Of a stretch of DNA of 64,000 nucleotides, positions 1 to 13,800 are shown one piece after another; positions within the stretch are counted from its first letter, which is position 1, and each line of letters starts with the position of its first letter. The DNA lies in contig CM097885.1 in assembly GCA_044892525.1 (NCBI GenBank), positions 1,738,001-1,802,000 on the forward strand. The letters are read 5' to 3'. This DNA is from Schmidtea polychroa (taxonomy: Eukaryota). A program made the translations under genes and the position numbers. The notes under the pieces were generated by a model that was not told the origin of the DNA, made no database searches, and saw only the letters and a list, made by a program, of their open reading frames with translations.

Positions 1-5
1 TTAAA

Positions 6-1238
6 TTGTGGGTGAGTCAGTGCATCGGTTGTCAACAACACAAGATCACTAGACACACTAAGCCACAGATGATTCACTATCCGACCGGAAATAGGTTCGA
101 AATTCTTCACATCGACCTGGTCGGCCCCTTGCCTTCTGATCGCGGTTTTTCTTACTTATTAACCATGATTGACCGGAAAACGCGTTGGTTTGAAGTTATT
201 CCTCTAAAAAACATTTCTGCTGAAATTGTAGCAAATTCAATTTTGCAACATTGGATTTCTAGATACGGTGTTCCAAAATCAATAATCACAGACAGGGGAT
301 CTCAGTTTGAATCCCAGCTATTTCAACAACTAACTGAAAAGCTCGGTATACAACACCTCCGTTCAACTGCTTACCATCCTCAGACAAACGGCATGATCGA
401 AAGATTTCACCGTACTTTGAAGACTTCTCTTGGAATACTTTCATCGAGACTTAATTGGACTAAAGCTTTACCTTTTGTCCTTCTTGGTTGGCGTAACACA
501 CCCTCCAGGACTACCGGAACTACACCGGCACAGTTACTTTTCGGTTCTTCAACATCGTTACCTAACGAATTAGTTGATTTCGATAACGCTCCTACCTTTG
601 AGGAATTAGATATGGCTAGAGATCATTTTCTTTCGATCGATAGCAACCCACAGTTTTCGTATGCTTCCTCATATACACCGTACGTCCCAAAGTCCTTCAA
701 GGACGCAACTCACGTTTATCTTCGTAATATTACGGATTCAGGTTTCAAACCGAGATATTCGGGGCCTTACAAATTGATCGACATTAAGGATAACAATGCT
801 CACATCGTTATTAACGGTGTTACCCAAAATATAAATCTGTGCCGACTTAAACCTGTTTTTATGATTTCTGATGACGTGGACAAAGACAAACTTCACTCTG
901 ATTTAGAGAAAGTCTCAGTCGAACCCATTTCAACTACGTCGAACGAAAACCTTTCAGTAGAACCTGCCACGGACTCAAACGAAATCGCGCGTACCATGAT
1001 CACAAACTACCAACGCGATGAAAATTTAGCTACAGAGAATACACATTCAGCAACAACAAATCCACTAAATCTTCGCTCAATTGTTTCGAAACCCGACAAG
1101 CAGCGAACCGCAAAAAATGTGAAACATAGTGATAAGATTTGGGTGCGCCAAATTGGTGAAGACATTTCCAAACCTCCAAGACTTGCCAGAGTCTATTCCA
1201 ATGAAAATTTGACACATCTGATGCTGAAATTCACTTAA
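6..1238 (+). mobile_element. Ty3/Gypsy LTR retrotransposon pol 3' end (integrase core plus GPY/F region), 5'-truncated by the window edge
   Basis: Uninterrupted ORF with the zinc-finger tail (CIGCQ), rve DDE motifs HIDLVGP / ITDRGSQF / NGMIERFHRTLK and GPY motif PRYSGPYKL. No LTR pair identified in the window. Confidence 0.92.
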
Positions 1239-1411
1239 CTTTATTCCATGTGATCAATTAATTCATCAATCGCCGATTTCCTTTTTAGACACTATCCACC
1301 TTTGATAAATTGTCACTACTTTTCGACTTACATCTTGTTTCTAGTAGATCTTTCATCAATCTCGATTCTTGAGTCCCTGTGCGCTCCGCGACTTCCCGTG
1401 GCCTTAACAAT

Positions 1412-1466
1412 ATCTATATACCTATTATACTATATTATATTATATTATATTATATTATATCTATAA
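1412..1466. repeat. (ATATT)n low-complexity run
   Basis: tatactatattatattatattatattatattatatctataaa. Confidence 0.7.
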
Positions 1467-2118
1467 ATGCGCGGTCACCAGCGATTAAGGACCAAGCAGA
1501 ACACAATTACAGTCAATCAAAATTCGTGCGATCAGCTAATACTTCTACTTATCAATCAGGCTCTATTAATCAATCTCAGGCGAGTAAAGCAAATTCGATG
1601 CCATGTTATCATTATCAAGATAAACTGTATTCGGCTCCCAATAATTTTAGTGTTGGCTCTCATAGACCAACACCCTCATCCATTACAATTCGCGAAATAC
1701 GTAACAAATCCTAACAATAATATGAACCCGAATAGATCTTTTTATCAAACCACCATCTTTACTAATTCTGATCAATGTGATAATGCAAAAAAGGATCAGA
1801 ACGGCAAAGGATATACATTTCCTCAAATATTGTATGCGAATGACAATGGTCAAATTGGTTCATGGACAAATCGGCAGGCTGTAAAATCTTTAGAAATAAT
1901 CGGACTATATGAAATTAGTATTTTTAGTTAACATTTTGTAAATGAGAAATGCCTGTTGAATATGTTTACCTGGTCTGATTATATTTACATTTTTTATGTA
2001 GTTTCTATTATATATATATTTTTGTTTTACTCAGATCTGTAAATTTTTGTAATTCAAATTAAAAACCTTGTAATTAAAATTAAAAATATCTTTACCTGCA
2101 ATTTGACTTATTCATCAG

Positions 2119-2620
2119 AATATTTTTATGAGTAAAATAAACGATATGCAAAAACCTCAATTGGGTTGTTTTTCGCTAGCTAAAAATTCTTATTGTTATT
2201 CCAAAGATTCATTCGAATGCATGGATTCTCTAAAATATCTCAATGTAGAGAACTTTGGAAATGATAACTTGCATTTTGCTGCATTATTAATAAATGGTCA
2301 TAATTGCCGAATTATAGTAAATAAATTATGTAAAAAAATTAAAGTCGAATTCGATGGAAGAAATTTTACGTCACTCACGGATTCCGATTCTATAATGAAT
2401 TATATTGGAAATGTTTTAGAGAAAATCGAACAAAATTTCTTCAATGCAATGTCTAATTTATTCAAGAACAAATCAGATCTTTTGCAAACCTGTAACTTAA
2501 AATTTGAAGTTGAACAAGGTAAAATATTAATTGAAATAGACAAAATAGATGATCAATTGAAAAGTGGGGCAACTATTGCCAAATTACCAGAAAGGACTAC
2601 GCCAACCACAACATTATTCA
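2119..2620 (+). other. Possible exon or gene fragment of unknown function, abutting the truncated end of the hAT element
   Basis: About 165 stop-free codons in very AT-rich DNA (ORF 2128-2745), preceded by acceptor-like ttcatcag in phase 0. No recognisable motif. The ORF tail is antisense hAT sequence. Confidence 0.3.
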
Positions 2621-2643
2621 TCACTCAAAAATCAAAATACTTT

Positions 2644-5124
2644 TTACATATTTACTCTCCTAGCTTTAGCAGCTACAAAGTTTTTTATGAGATCGTTAAT
2701 ATCTATAGAATCCAAAATATCGCTTTCTATAGATATTATGGATAAGTCCGTTAATCGTTCTTCTTTCATGGTAGACCGTAAATAGTTTTTAATTAGTTTT
2801 AACTTAGAGAAACTTCTTTCTCCAGAAACAACAGACACAGGTAATGTTAAAAAAATGCGTAATACAATAGTTATATTCGGGAAGATCTCATTTAATGCAT
2901 TTTTATAAATGTAATTTAAAACCTCGTGAGGAGACAAGTCAGATTTTATAAAAAATTGAATGGTTTTTAATTCTTCTTTTAGAGCTATACCATCAATATC
3001 TTCATCGTTTAAGTTTGCACCGTCGGTTAATTTTATATGCAAATCTTTGCAGTGTTTCAATAAATCCTCATTATCTAATTGTTTTAGTTGGTTAATGTTG
3101 TGTATTATTTTAAAATCTTCGTTGTGTTGTTGCAATTGAAATCGTTCTGAAATTGACGATATAGTGGTGTCCAGAATCGCGAAGTAGAAGTTAATTTTAA
3201 AATCATGTTTTGCATCCTTCACTGTATCATCTGATGCTTCGTAATCGAATAACTTCCTTTTTTTTCGCTTTCGAGTTTCAGGGAAATCAGGCTCAATATC
3301 AAGTTCTCTAGCTTTAGCCATTGCAGACGTCACAAGTTCTTCAAATTTATCATCAGTTCTAAGACTTTTTAAGTTGTTCAAAATTGAATTAAGATTTTCT
3401 GTTACTAATTGTAAATCGAATGTGGGCTTTTGCATTTTTTGCTGACAATATTGACAAGATTCAATATATCATACCAAATTGAGACGGAACACAAAAATTT
3501 AAAAGAACAAATTTTTGAAATTATATTATTTGCTTGAGCTCTAGAATCCATGTCTTTTGTGTGGTCATTAGTGATATCTAATAGAACTTGATAAATTTCT
3601 GACATATACATTTTCAGAGGTTTCAGGGCTTCTATCCGACTTTCCCATCTAGTTGCAGAAAGTGGTTTTAGGGTTAAGTTTTTATCGTAATTTTTTAATA
3701 CATCCCACCGTTTCACACTAATTGAAAAATAATTATATAGTTCTTGAATCACACTAAAAAAATTTACCGTCTCAAATGAAATTTTAGCTGCATCGTTCAC
3801 TACCAAATTTAATGAATGAGCAGCGCATGGAACGAAAGAAGCTCGTGAATTTATTTCAATAATTTTTTGTTGAAGTCCATTATGTCTCCCACGCATATTA
3901 GCTCCGTTATTGTACGACTGTCCGTGTAAATCTGATATATTAATGTTCATTAATTTCAAATGGTTAATGATGAACTCGAATAAACCTACACCGGTTGTGT
4001 CAGCTACACTTTGGAATACTAAAAAATGCTCACGAATTTCTGCAACATTTCTCGATTTATTGTGATAAACAAATCTTATGACAATGGTTAACTGTTCAGT
4101 ATGGCTTATGTCTGGTGTTGTATCAAGAATGATTGAATAATATTTTGAAGAGTGGAGCATTTCTAAAACCTTTTTCTTAATAGCATCACTTATAATACTA
4201 ATTATTTCATTTTGAATCTGATCACCTAAATAATGACTAATATTCTTTTTCGCAAACGTTTGAACGCGATGTAAATGTTCAGACATTATTGGATCGAATT
4301 TAGCTATGGTTTCTATTAATTTCAAAAAGTTTCCGTTGTCGTTTTGAAAAGGATTTTTAGATGAACCTCTAAATGCCAAGCATTGTCTTGATAAATACTG
4401 TATTATATGAATAATTCGTTCCACGACCGATTGCCAATATTTTTTTTCGGTTTCGTAGAGTCGTTGTTGCATTGCATCAATTGTACAATTTTTTTTAGTG
4501 ACATTCTCAATTCGCTATATTTTGAACTGTTTTTATGCGCCCAACACTAGTTTCGTGAACTTTTAATATGTGGCTTAAGTGTTGCCAATCATTACAACCA
4601 CTAGTAAGTTGTGTAGTATTGTCAGACATTAATTTGCAAAAGTAACAAAATACTGAATTTTGAGTTTTCGAATAAAGCAAATAACTCCTGCAAATTTTTT
4701 CCCCGTTTGATAAAGTTCGATAATAATAATTATCAGAAAATTTACGCCCAGACTCATTTTTTGGGAAGTCTTTCAAAATTAATTGCTTAGGATCATTTTC
4801 TATTAAACAATCTCTTAATTTTATATTAATTTGTTTTGGCCAAGTAGCCGGATCGTTAAAATCAATTTTTTCGGAATCGGAATCGGTTTTATTACTTTCT
4901 TTCGATTCGTTTTCTATTGTAGAGTTTGTGGATACACCAGAAGAACTTTGTGTTTCGAGATTCAGGTCTTGATTTTCTTCCGTTGCAGTCGTAGTAGGAT
5001 TAATAGTTTTAATAGTGAATTTATCTAAAGAACCTGATAGCTTTTGTCGAGCGTCTTCTCGCTGAAGTCTATTTTTCTTATTTTGCGCGCCTGATAATTT
5101 TGATTTTTTTCCGATTCCAGACAT
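2644..5124 (-). pseudogene. hAT transposase pseudogene split into three ORFs (TTF zinc finger 4507-5124; DUF4371/catalytic 3405-4472; hATC dimerisation 2644-3435)
   Basis: Motifs RSYLLYSK..VFCYFC..W..L..HE; LAFRG..NGNFL; ILDTTPDISHTEQL; CAAHSLNL; TRWESR; PVSVVSGERSFSKLKLIKNYLRSTM..RL. Frame breaks near 4500 and 3420. Confidence 0.9.
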
Positions 5125-5671
5125 CTAAGGATTTTAAGTTAAAATTTATTATACATTGTAATTATTTAATATTGTTATTTAATATATAATTAGTTATTTA
5201 ATATTGTAAATTATACTTACGTTGAAATGTTAAAATGAATGTCTGATGAAAATCAATAAATATTTGATTTACGCAGAAGACAAATGCAGTGGGGGTCTTG
5301 ACTAGACGTAAATTTGCGTAAACTTGACTAAACGTAAACTTGACTAGACGTAAATGTGAAATGCCGCGCGTCGCAGTGACGCCTTTATCGAACGAAGTTG
5401 AGCGATCTACACCGATCGCATCGCACGAAGTTACGAGCGCGCTTTCATAGCGTGGTAGAATAAGGTATACGTTGCGCCCGCGTTTCCAGTATCTCTCTAA
5501 TAAATCCATATTTGTCACTTTTTCTTTTTTATCATTTAATTTTTTTATATTTAATCTTAATTCTTTTTATTTAGTGAGGTGGCGCCGAGTGAAAGAGGCG
5601 CCTGCCGGCGCCTTTTTCACTCGGCGCCCTTGTGCGGGGCACAATATGAACAATCGTACGCGGCTGCCCTG
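2644..5671 (-). mobile_element. hAT DNA transposon (ZMYM1-like / Tip100-type); 5' terminus present, 3' terminus not found
   Basis: Minus-strand terminus CAGGGCAGCCG at 5671, GC-rich subterminal hairpin 5581-5628, and the transposase ORFs below. No matching TIR or 8-bp TSD found left of 2644. Confidence 0.88.
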
Positions 5672-6339
5672 AGTGCTTATTACGACACTCTGTCATTACT
5701 TTATTATTTAGGTATCCTCAACATTATTTATTAATTACTATTTATAGCAATTTATTATTTACTTATTACTATTTATACTGACCTATTTCTTATTTATTGA
5801 TATTTATAATTATTAATTATTTTAATCAATATTTAATTACTAATCATTGGTATGTTCTATTTATAGTGTAGAAACTATAAAAGGCGTTTAGTGGTCAAAT
5901 AAATAGTTAAGAGTGGTTGTGAAAGGAATGAATATACAGCGAAGGCGTTGAGAGGACAAGACACATATCAATACGAAGGGTTTCCCCACTCATAATCCAC
6001 AACTATGTAAAACAAAAATACAGAGTCAAACGAACGATATGCATGCAAATTAGAACTTATAACAATAAAATAATTCGGTAAAGATTGCGCTTTAGATGAC
6101 AAATATGTGGTTGTATTATGACGAGGGTCAAGATTATTGTGGATTACCACAAGTAACTATAATTGAGAAAATTGATCAACAGTTACAACCCGACAGAATT
6201 CATAACAAATAGTTTTGTTAACTGTGGCCACATTTCAATTAGTCCTTAGCGGCGTTATACAATATTAACACAGTGGTAAAGAAAATTGGCATTGGGTATA
6301 ACGGGGTAGATTAAAACCATTTGAGGATCGGGTCAAGAA

Positions 6340-6520
6340 CGTTCCGTAATCATAAAAACATCGTTATTTACATCCCGGAACTCCAACAATATTTAAATTT
6401 AAAGTTCACATCTTTCCTTATAAATAAAAAGTAATTTCCTAAAACACAAAAACAGAAAATTGGGCATCCCTGTCTTAAACCTTTATTGCAAAGTGTGGCC
6501 AGTTTCCTTTACTATGCGGT
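6340..6520 (-). mobile_element. Possible highly degraded non-LTR retrotransposon RT remnant
   Basis: Minus strand at about 6458-6487 reads N-K-G-L-R-Q-G-C-P-I, resembling the LINE RT GLRQGCP motif. Surrounding frames are broken. Confidence 0.35.
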
Positions 6521-6849
6521 CACTAACCATTGTGATTATTATATAAAAAATATTTTGTTACATTTTATTTTGAGAAAATATTGATCTTCATTTTTAGAAA
6601 TTCGATGTGTTCTCGCTTTTCTTTATAAATAAGTTTTATTTATAAAATGAATAATATATATTAAAGATCCTGCTGGTTCGTGTATTGAAATGAAATAAAT
6701 TATTTTTCCGCCCAACATTTTTTGTAAAATTAAATTACTGATTTTATTATAATTATTTTTTTTTATATTTGTTTTAATACACAAACTAAATTTTTTATTT
6801 AATTAATCAGATTTCAAGTAAAATTTGAAATTATTTCATCTTTGCAGAA

Positions 6850-6952
6850 ATGAATTGTCAAGTTATTATTCATTCGAACAATATCATTTCAACTGAAGGT
6901 GTTGTTGTCAAAGGATTTGGACGTGGAAGTAAAGAATTAGGAATTCGAACTG
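6850..6952 (+). CDS. RFK: Riboflavin kinase, coding exon 1
   Basis: ATG at 6850 translates MNCQVIIHSNNIISTEGVVVKGFGRGSKELGIRT, matching the RFK G-x-VVxGFGRGSKxLGxPT signature. Then G|GTAATT phase-1 donor. Confidence 0.93.
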
Positions 6953-7870
6953 GTAATTATCATAATATTTGAGTTATGAAGTACAGCTAAGATTTATATT
7001 TTATACTTAATCATATTTATTCAACTGAATATTTCTTGCTTTTCATTTATCTAAATGATGCTTTTCTGAGTTCTGATAACTTTGCTATTTTTTCTCGTAA
7101 TGTCGCTGAACAATATTTAAGCCTAATTTGCTATTATTAGTGTAGATAGCTGTGAATTATTTCATCAGTATTCATAATTTTGGCTTGAAATTTATTTAGT
7201 TATCTTGTAAAAGATTAGGCATTATACGCATTATACGTGTGCATTATATGCATTATACGTGTTTATTATTTATAATTTATAATCTTTTATGCTTTTACTG
7301 AACAATTAAAATTTATTATTGTATTGTATTTATTGATTGTATCAGAAGGGATGAATTCTGAATTATTAGCTGACAAATAGTCAATAGCTAAACTATTGCT
7401 TTATGAATTTTGGTGAATTTATTTACAATTGGACTCAAATTCAATTATTTTAATGTCGCGATAGTTGAAACTTTAGTTTTGGCTGGCTGGGAAATATTTT
7501 TTCCGGATTTTTATTCGATTAAATGCTATTAATTTGTCCCTTTATCGATTTAATAGTGCGTATGTGCAGTTGTAGAATTAAGTTTTTCTTTTACCTTTTC
7601 TGATAGAGCCTTGAGAGTTATATCACATTTCTCGTATAAAGCTTTTAATATCATCATTAATTTTTATAATTTCTTCTTCCGCCTACAATATTTGTTTCAA
7701 CGCGTCCTTCACTCTTGTAAACTCGCATAATACTTCTAATTGAGGATTCGAGAAGATTAAAAATTCTTGATATTTATTCTATTAATTTGAGGTCGATCTA
7801 GTTTTTAATAATAAATTTCCTCGTGCAATTTGATATTTTATTTCTTGGCTCTGTTATTAAGGATTCGTCT

Positions 7871-10800
7871 TTTTAAAAATATTAAATTGAACTTTATAAA
7901 TATTTAATTGAATTTTATAAATATTAAATTGAATTTTACAAATATTAAATTGAATTTTATAAATATTTTATTGAATTTTATAAATATTTAATTGAATTTT
8001 ACAAATATTAAATTGAACTTTAAATATTTAATTGAATTTTAAAAATATTAAATTGAATTTTAAAAATATTAAATTGAACTTTATAAATATTTAATTGAAT
8101 TTTATAAATATTAAATTGAATTTTATAAATATTTAATTGAATTTTATAAATATTAAATTGAACTTTATAAATATTAAATTGAATTTTAAAAATATTAAAT
8201 TGAACTTTAATCGATTTTTATAAATATTTAATTGAATTTTACAAATATTTAATTGAACTTTAAATATTTAATTGAATTTTAAAAATATTTAATTGAACTT
8301 TAAATATTTAATTGAATTTTAAAAATATTTAATTGAACTTTAAATATTTAATTGAATTTTAAAAATATTTAATTGAACTTTAAATATTTAATTGAATTTT
8401 AAAAATATTAAATTGAACTTTATAAATATTTAATTGAATTTTATAAATATTAAATTGAATTTTATAAATATTAAATTGAACTTTATAAATATTAAATTGA
8501 ATTTTAAAAATATTAAATTGAACTTTAATCGATTTTTATAAATATTTAATTGAATTTTACAAATATTAAATTGAATTTTATAAATATTTAATTGAATTTT
8601 ACAAATATTAAATTGAATTTTACAAATATTAAATTGAATTTTAAAAATATTAAATTGAATTTTATAAATATTAAATTGAATTTTATAAATATTTAATTGA
8701 ATTTTATAAATATTTAATTGAATTTTAAAAATATTAAATTGAACTTTATAAATATTAAATTGAATTTTAAAAATATTTAATTGAACTTTATAAATATTTA
8801 ATTGAATTTTATAAATATTAAATTGAACTTTATAAATATTAAATTGAATTTTAAAAATATTAAATTGAACTTTAATCGATTTTTATAAATATTTAATTGA
8901 ATTTTACAAATATTTAATTGAACTTTAAATATTTAATTGAATTTTAAAAATATTTAATTGAACTTTAATTGATTTTTAAAAATATTAAATTGAATTTTAT
9001 AAATATTTAATTGAATTTTACAAATATTTAATTGAATTTTATAAATATTTAATTGAATTTTAAAAATATTAAATTGAACTTTAATCGATTTTTATAAATA
9101 TTTAATTGAATTTTACAAATATTAAATTGAATTTTATAAATATTTAATTGAATTTTACAAATATTAAATTGAATTTTACAAATATTAAATTGAATTTTAA
9201 AAATATTAAATTGAATTTTATAAATATTAAATTGAATTTTATAAATATTTAATTGAACTTTAATCGATTTTTATAAATATTTAATTGAATTTTACAAATA
9301 TTTAATTGAACTTTAAATATTTAATTGAATTTTAAAAATATTTAATTGAACTTTAAATATTTAATTGAATTTTAAAAATATTTAATTGAACTTTAAATAT
9401 TAAATTGAATTTTAAAAATATTTAATTGAACTTTAAATATTTAATTGAATTTTAAAAATATTAAATTGAACTTTATAAATATTTAATTGAATTTTATAAA
9501 TATTAAATTGAATTTTATAAATATTAAATTGAACTTTATAAATATTAAATTGAATTTTAAAAATATTAAATTGAACTTTATAAATATTAAATTGAATTTT
9601 AAAAATATTAAATTGAACTTTAATCGATTTTTATAAATATTTAATTGAATTTTACAAATATTAAATTGAATTTTATAAATATTTAATTGAATTTTACAAA
9701 TATTAAATTGAATTTTACAAATATTAAATTGAATTTTATAAATATTAAATTGAATTTTATAAATATTTAATTGAATTTTATAAATATTTAATTGAATTTT
9801 AAAAATATTAAATTGAACTTTATAAATATTAAATTGAATTTTAAAAATATTTAATTGAACTTTATAAATATTTAATTGAATTTTATAAATATTAAATTGA
9901 ACTTTATAAATATTAAATTGAATTTTAAAAATATTAAATTGAACTTTAATCGATTTTTATAAATATTTAATTGAATTTTACAAATATTTAATTGAACTTT
10001 AAATATTTAATTGAATTTTAAAAATATTTAATTGAACTTTAAATATTTAATTGAATTTTAAAAATATTTAATTGAACTTTAAATATTTAATTGAATTTTA
10101 AAAATATTTAATTGAACTTTAAATATTTAATTGAATTTTAAAAATATTTAATTGAACTTTAATTGATTTTTAAAAATATTAAATTGAATTTTATAAATAT
10201 TTAATTGAATTTTACAAATATTTAATTGAATTTTATAAATATTTAATTGAATTTTAAAAATATTAAATTGAACTTTAATCGATTTTTATAAATATTTAAT
10301 TGAATTTTACAAATATTAAATTGAATTTTATAAATATTTAATTGAATTTTACAAATATTAAATTGAATTTTACAAATATTAAATTGAATTTTAAAAATAT
10401 TAAATTGAATTTTATAAATATTAAATTGAATTTTATAAATATTTAATTGAATTTTAAAAATATTAAATTGAACTTTATAAATATTAAATTGAATTTTAAA
10501 AATATTTAATTGAACTTTATAAATATTAAATTGAATTTTAAAAATATTAAATTGAACTTTAATCGATTTTTATAAATATTTAATTGAATTTTACAAATAT
10601 TTAATTGAACTTTAAATATTTAATTGAATTTTAAAAATATTTAATTGAACTTTAAATATTTAATTGAATTTTAAAAATATTTAATTGAACTTTAATTGAT
10701 TTTTAAAAATATTAAATTGAATTTTATAAATATTTAATTGAATTTTACAAATATTTAATTGAATTTTATAAATATTTAATTGAATTTTAAAAATATTAAA

Positions 10801-13800
10801 TTGAACTTTAATCGATTTTTATAAATATTTAATTGAATTTTACAAATATTAAATTGAATTTTATAAATATTTAATTGAATTTTACAAATATTAAATTGAA
10901 TTTTACAAATATTAAATTGAATTTTAAAAATATTAAATTGAATTTTATAAATATTAAATTGAATTTTATAAATATTTAATTGAATTTTAAAAATATTAAA
11001 TTGAACTTTATAAATATTAAATTGAATTTTAAAAATATTTAATTGAACTTTATAAATATTAAATTGAATTTTAAAAATATTAAATTGAACTTTAATCGAT
11101 TTTTATAAATATTTAATTGAATTTTACAAATATTTAATTGAACTTTAAATATTTAATTGAATTTTAAAAATATTTAATTGAACTTTAAATATTTAATTGA
11201 ATTTTAAAAATATTTAATTGAACTTTAATTGATTTTTAAAAATATTAAATTGAATTTTATAAATATTTAATTGAATTTTACAAATATTTAATTGAATTTT
11301 ATAAATATTTAATTGAATTTTAAAAATATTAAATTGAACTTTAATCGATTTTTATAAATATTTAATTGAATTTTACAAATATTAAATTGAATTTTATAAA
11401 TATTTAATTGAATTTTACAAATATTAAATTGAATTTTACAAATATTAAATTGAATTTTAAAAATATTAAATTGAATTTTATAAATATTAAATTGAATTTT
11501 ATAAATATTTAATTGAATTTTAAAAATATTAAATTGAACTTTATAAATATTAAATTGAATTTTAAAAATATTAAATTGAACTTTAATCGATTTTTATAAA
11601 TATTTAATTGAATTTTACAAATATTTAATTGAACTTTAAATATTTAATTGAATTTTAAAAATATTTAATTGAACTTTAAATATTTAATTGAATTTTAAAA
11701 ATATTTAATTGAACTTTAAATATTTAATTGAATTTTAAAAATATTTAATTGAACTTTAAATATTTAATTGAATTTTAAAAATATTTAATTGAACTTTAAT
11801 TGATTTTTAAAAATATTAAATTGAATTTTATAAATATTTAATTGAATTTTACAAATATTTAATTGAATTTTATAAATATTTAATTGAATTTTAAAAATAT
11901 TAAATTGAACTTTAATCGATTTTTATAAATATTTAATTGAATTTTACAAATATTAAATTGAATTTTATAAATATTTAATTGAATTTTACAAATATTAAAT
12001 TGAATTTTACAAATATTAAATTGAATTTTAAAAATATTAAATTGAATTTTATAAATATTAAATTGAATTTTATAAATATTTAATTGAATTTTAAAAATAT
12101 TAAATTGAACTTTATAAATATTAAATTGAATTTTAAAAATATTTAATTGAACTTTATAAATATTAAATTGAATTTTAAAAATATTAAATTGAACTTTAAT
12201 CGATTTTTATAAATATTTAATTGAATTTTACAAATATTTAATTGAACTTTAAATATTTAATTGAATTTTAAAAATATTTAATTGAACTTTAAATATTTAA
12301 TTGAATTTTAAAAATATTTAATTGAACTTTAATTGATTTTTAAAAATATTAAATTGAATTTTATAAATATTTAATTGAATTTTACAAATATTTAATTGAA
12401 TTTTATAAATATTTAATTGAATTTTAAAAATATTAAATTGAACTTTAATCGATTTTTATAAATATTTAATTGAATTTTACAAATATTAAATTGAATTTTA
12501 TAAATATTTAATTGAATTTTACAAATATTAAATTGAATTTTACAAATATTAAATTGAATTTTAAAAATATTAAATTGAATTTTATAAATATTAAATTGAA
12601 TTTTATAAATATTTAATTGAATTTTAAAAATATTAAATTGAACTTTATAAATATTAAATTGAATTTTAAAAATATTTAATTGAACTTTATAAATATTAAA
12701 TTGAATTTTAAAAATATTAAATTGAACTTTAATCGATTTTTATAAATATTTAATTGAATTTTACAAATATTTAATTGAACTTTAAATATTTAATTGAATT
12801 TTAAAAATATTTAATTGAACTTTAAATATTTAATTGAATTTTAAAAATATTTAATTGAACTTTAATTGATTTTTAAAAATATTAAATTGAATTTTATAAA
12901 TATTTAATTGAATTTTACAAATATTTAATTGAATTTTATAAATATTTAATTGAATTTTAAAAATATTAAATTGAACTTTAATCGATTTTTATAAATATTT
13001 AATTGAATTTTACAAATATTAAATTGAATTTTATAAATATTTAATTGAATTTTACAAATATTAAATTGAATTTTACAAATATTAAATTGAATTTTAAAAA
13101 TATTAAATTGAATTTTATAAATATTAAATTGAATTTTATAAATATTTAATTGAATTTTAAAAATATTAAATTGAACTTTAATCGATTTTTATAAATATTT
13201 AATTGAATTTTACAAATATTTAATTGAACTTTAAATATTTAATTGAATTTTAAAAATATTTAATTGAACTTTATAAATATTAAATTGAATTTTAAAAATA
13301 TTAAATTGAACTTTATAAATATTAAATTGAATTTTAAAAATATTAAATTGAACTTTAATCGATTTTTATAAATATTTAATTGAATTTTACAAATATTAAA
13401 TTGAATTTTATAAATATTTAATTGAATTTTACAAATATTAAATTGAATTTTACAAATATTAAATTGAATTTTAAAAATATTCAATTGAATTTTATAAATA
13501 TTAAATTGAATTTTATAAATATTTAATTGAATTTTATAAATATTTAATTGAATTTTAAAAATATTAAATTGAACTTTATAAATATTAAATTGAATTTTAA
13601 AAATATTTAATTGAACTTTATAAATATTTAATTGAATTTTATAAATATTAAATTGAACTTTATAAATATTAAATTGAATTTTAAAAATATTAAATTGAAC
13701 TTTAATCGATTTTTATAAATATTTAATTGAATTTTACAAATATTTAATTGAACTTTAAATATTTAATTGAATTTTAAAAATATTTAATTGAACTTTAAAT

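Noticed and set aside
1379..1714. 111-aa ORF
   Set aside because: Runs through an ATATT microsatellite; no recognisable domain.
4831..5672. Short ORFs 4831-5028, 5198-5518 and 5472-5672
   Set aside because: Antisense or non-coding parts of the hAT element.
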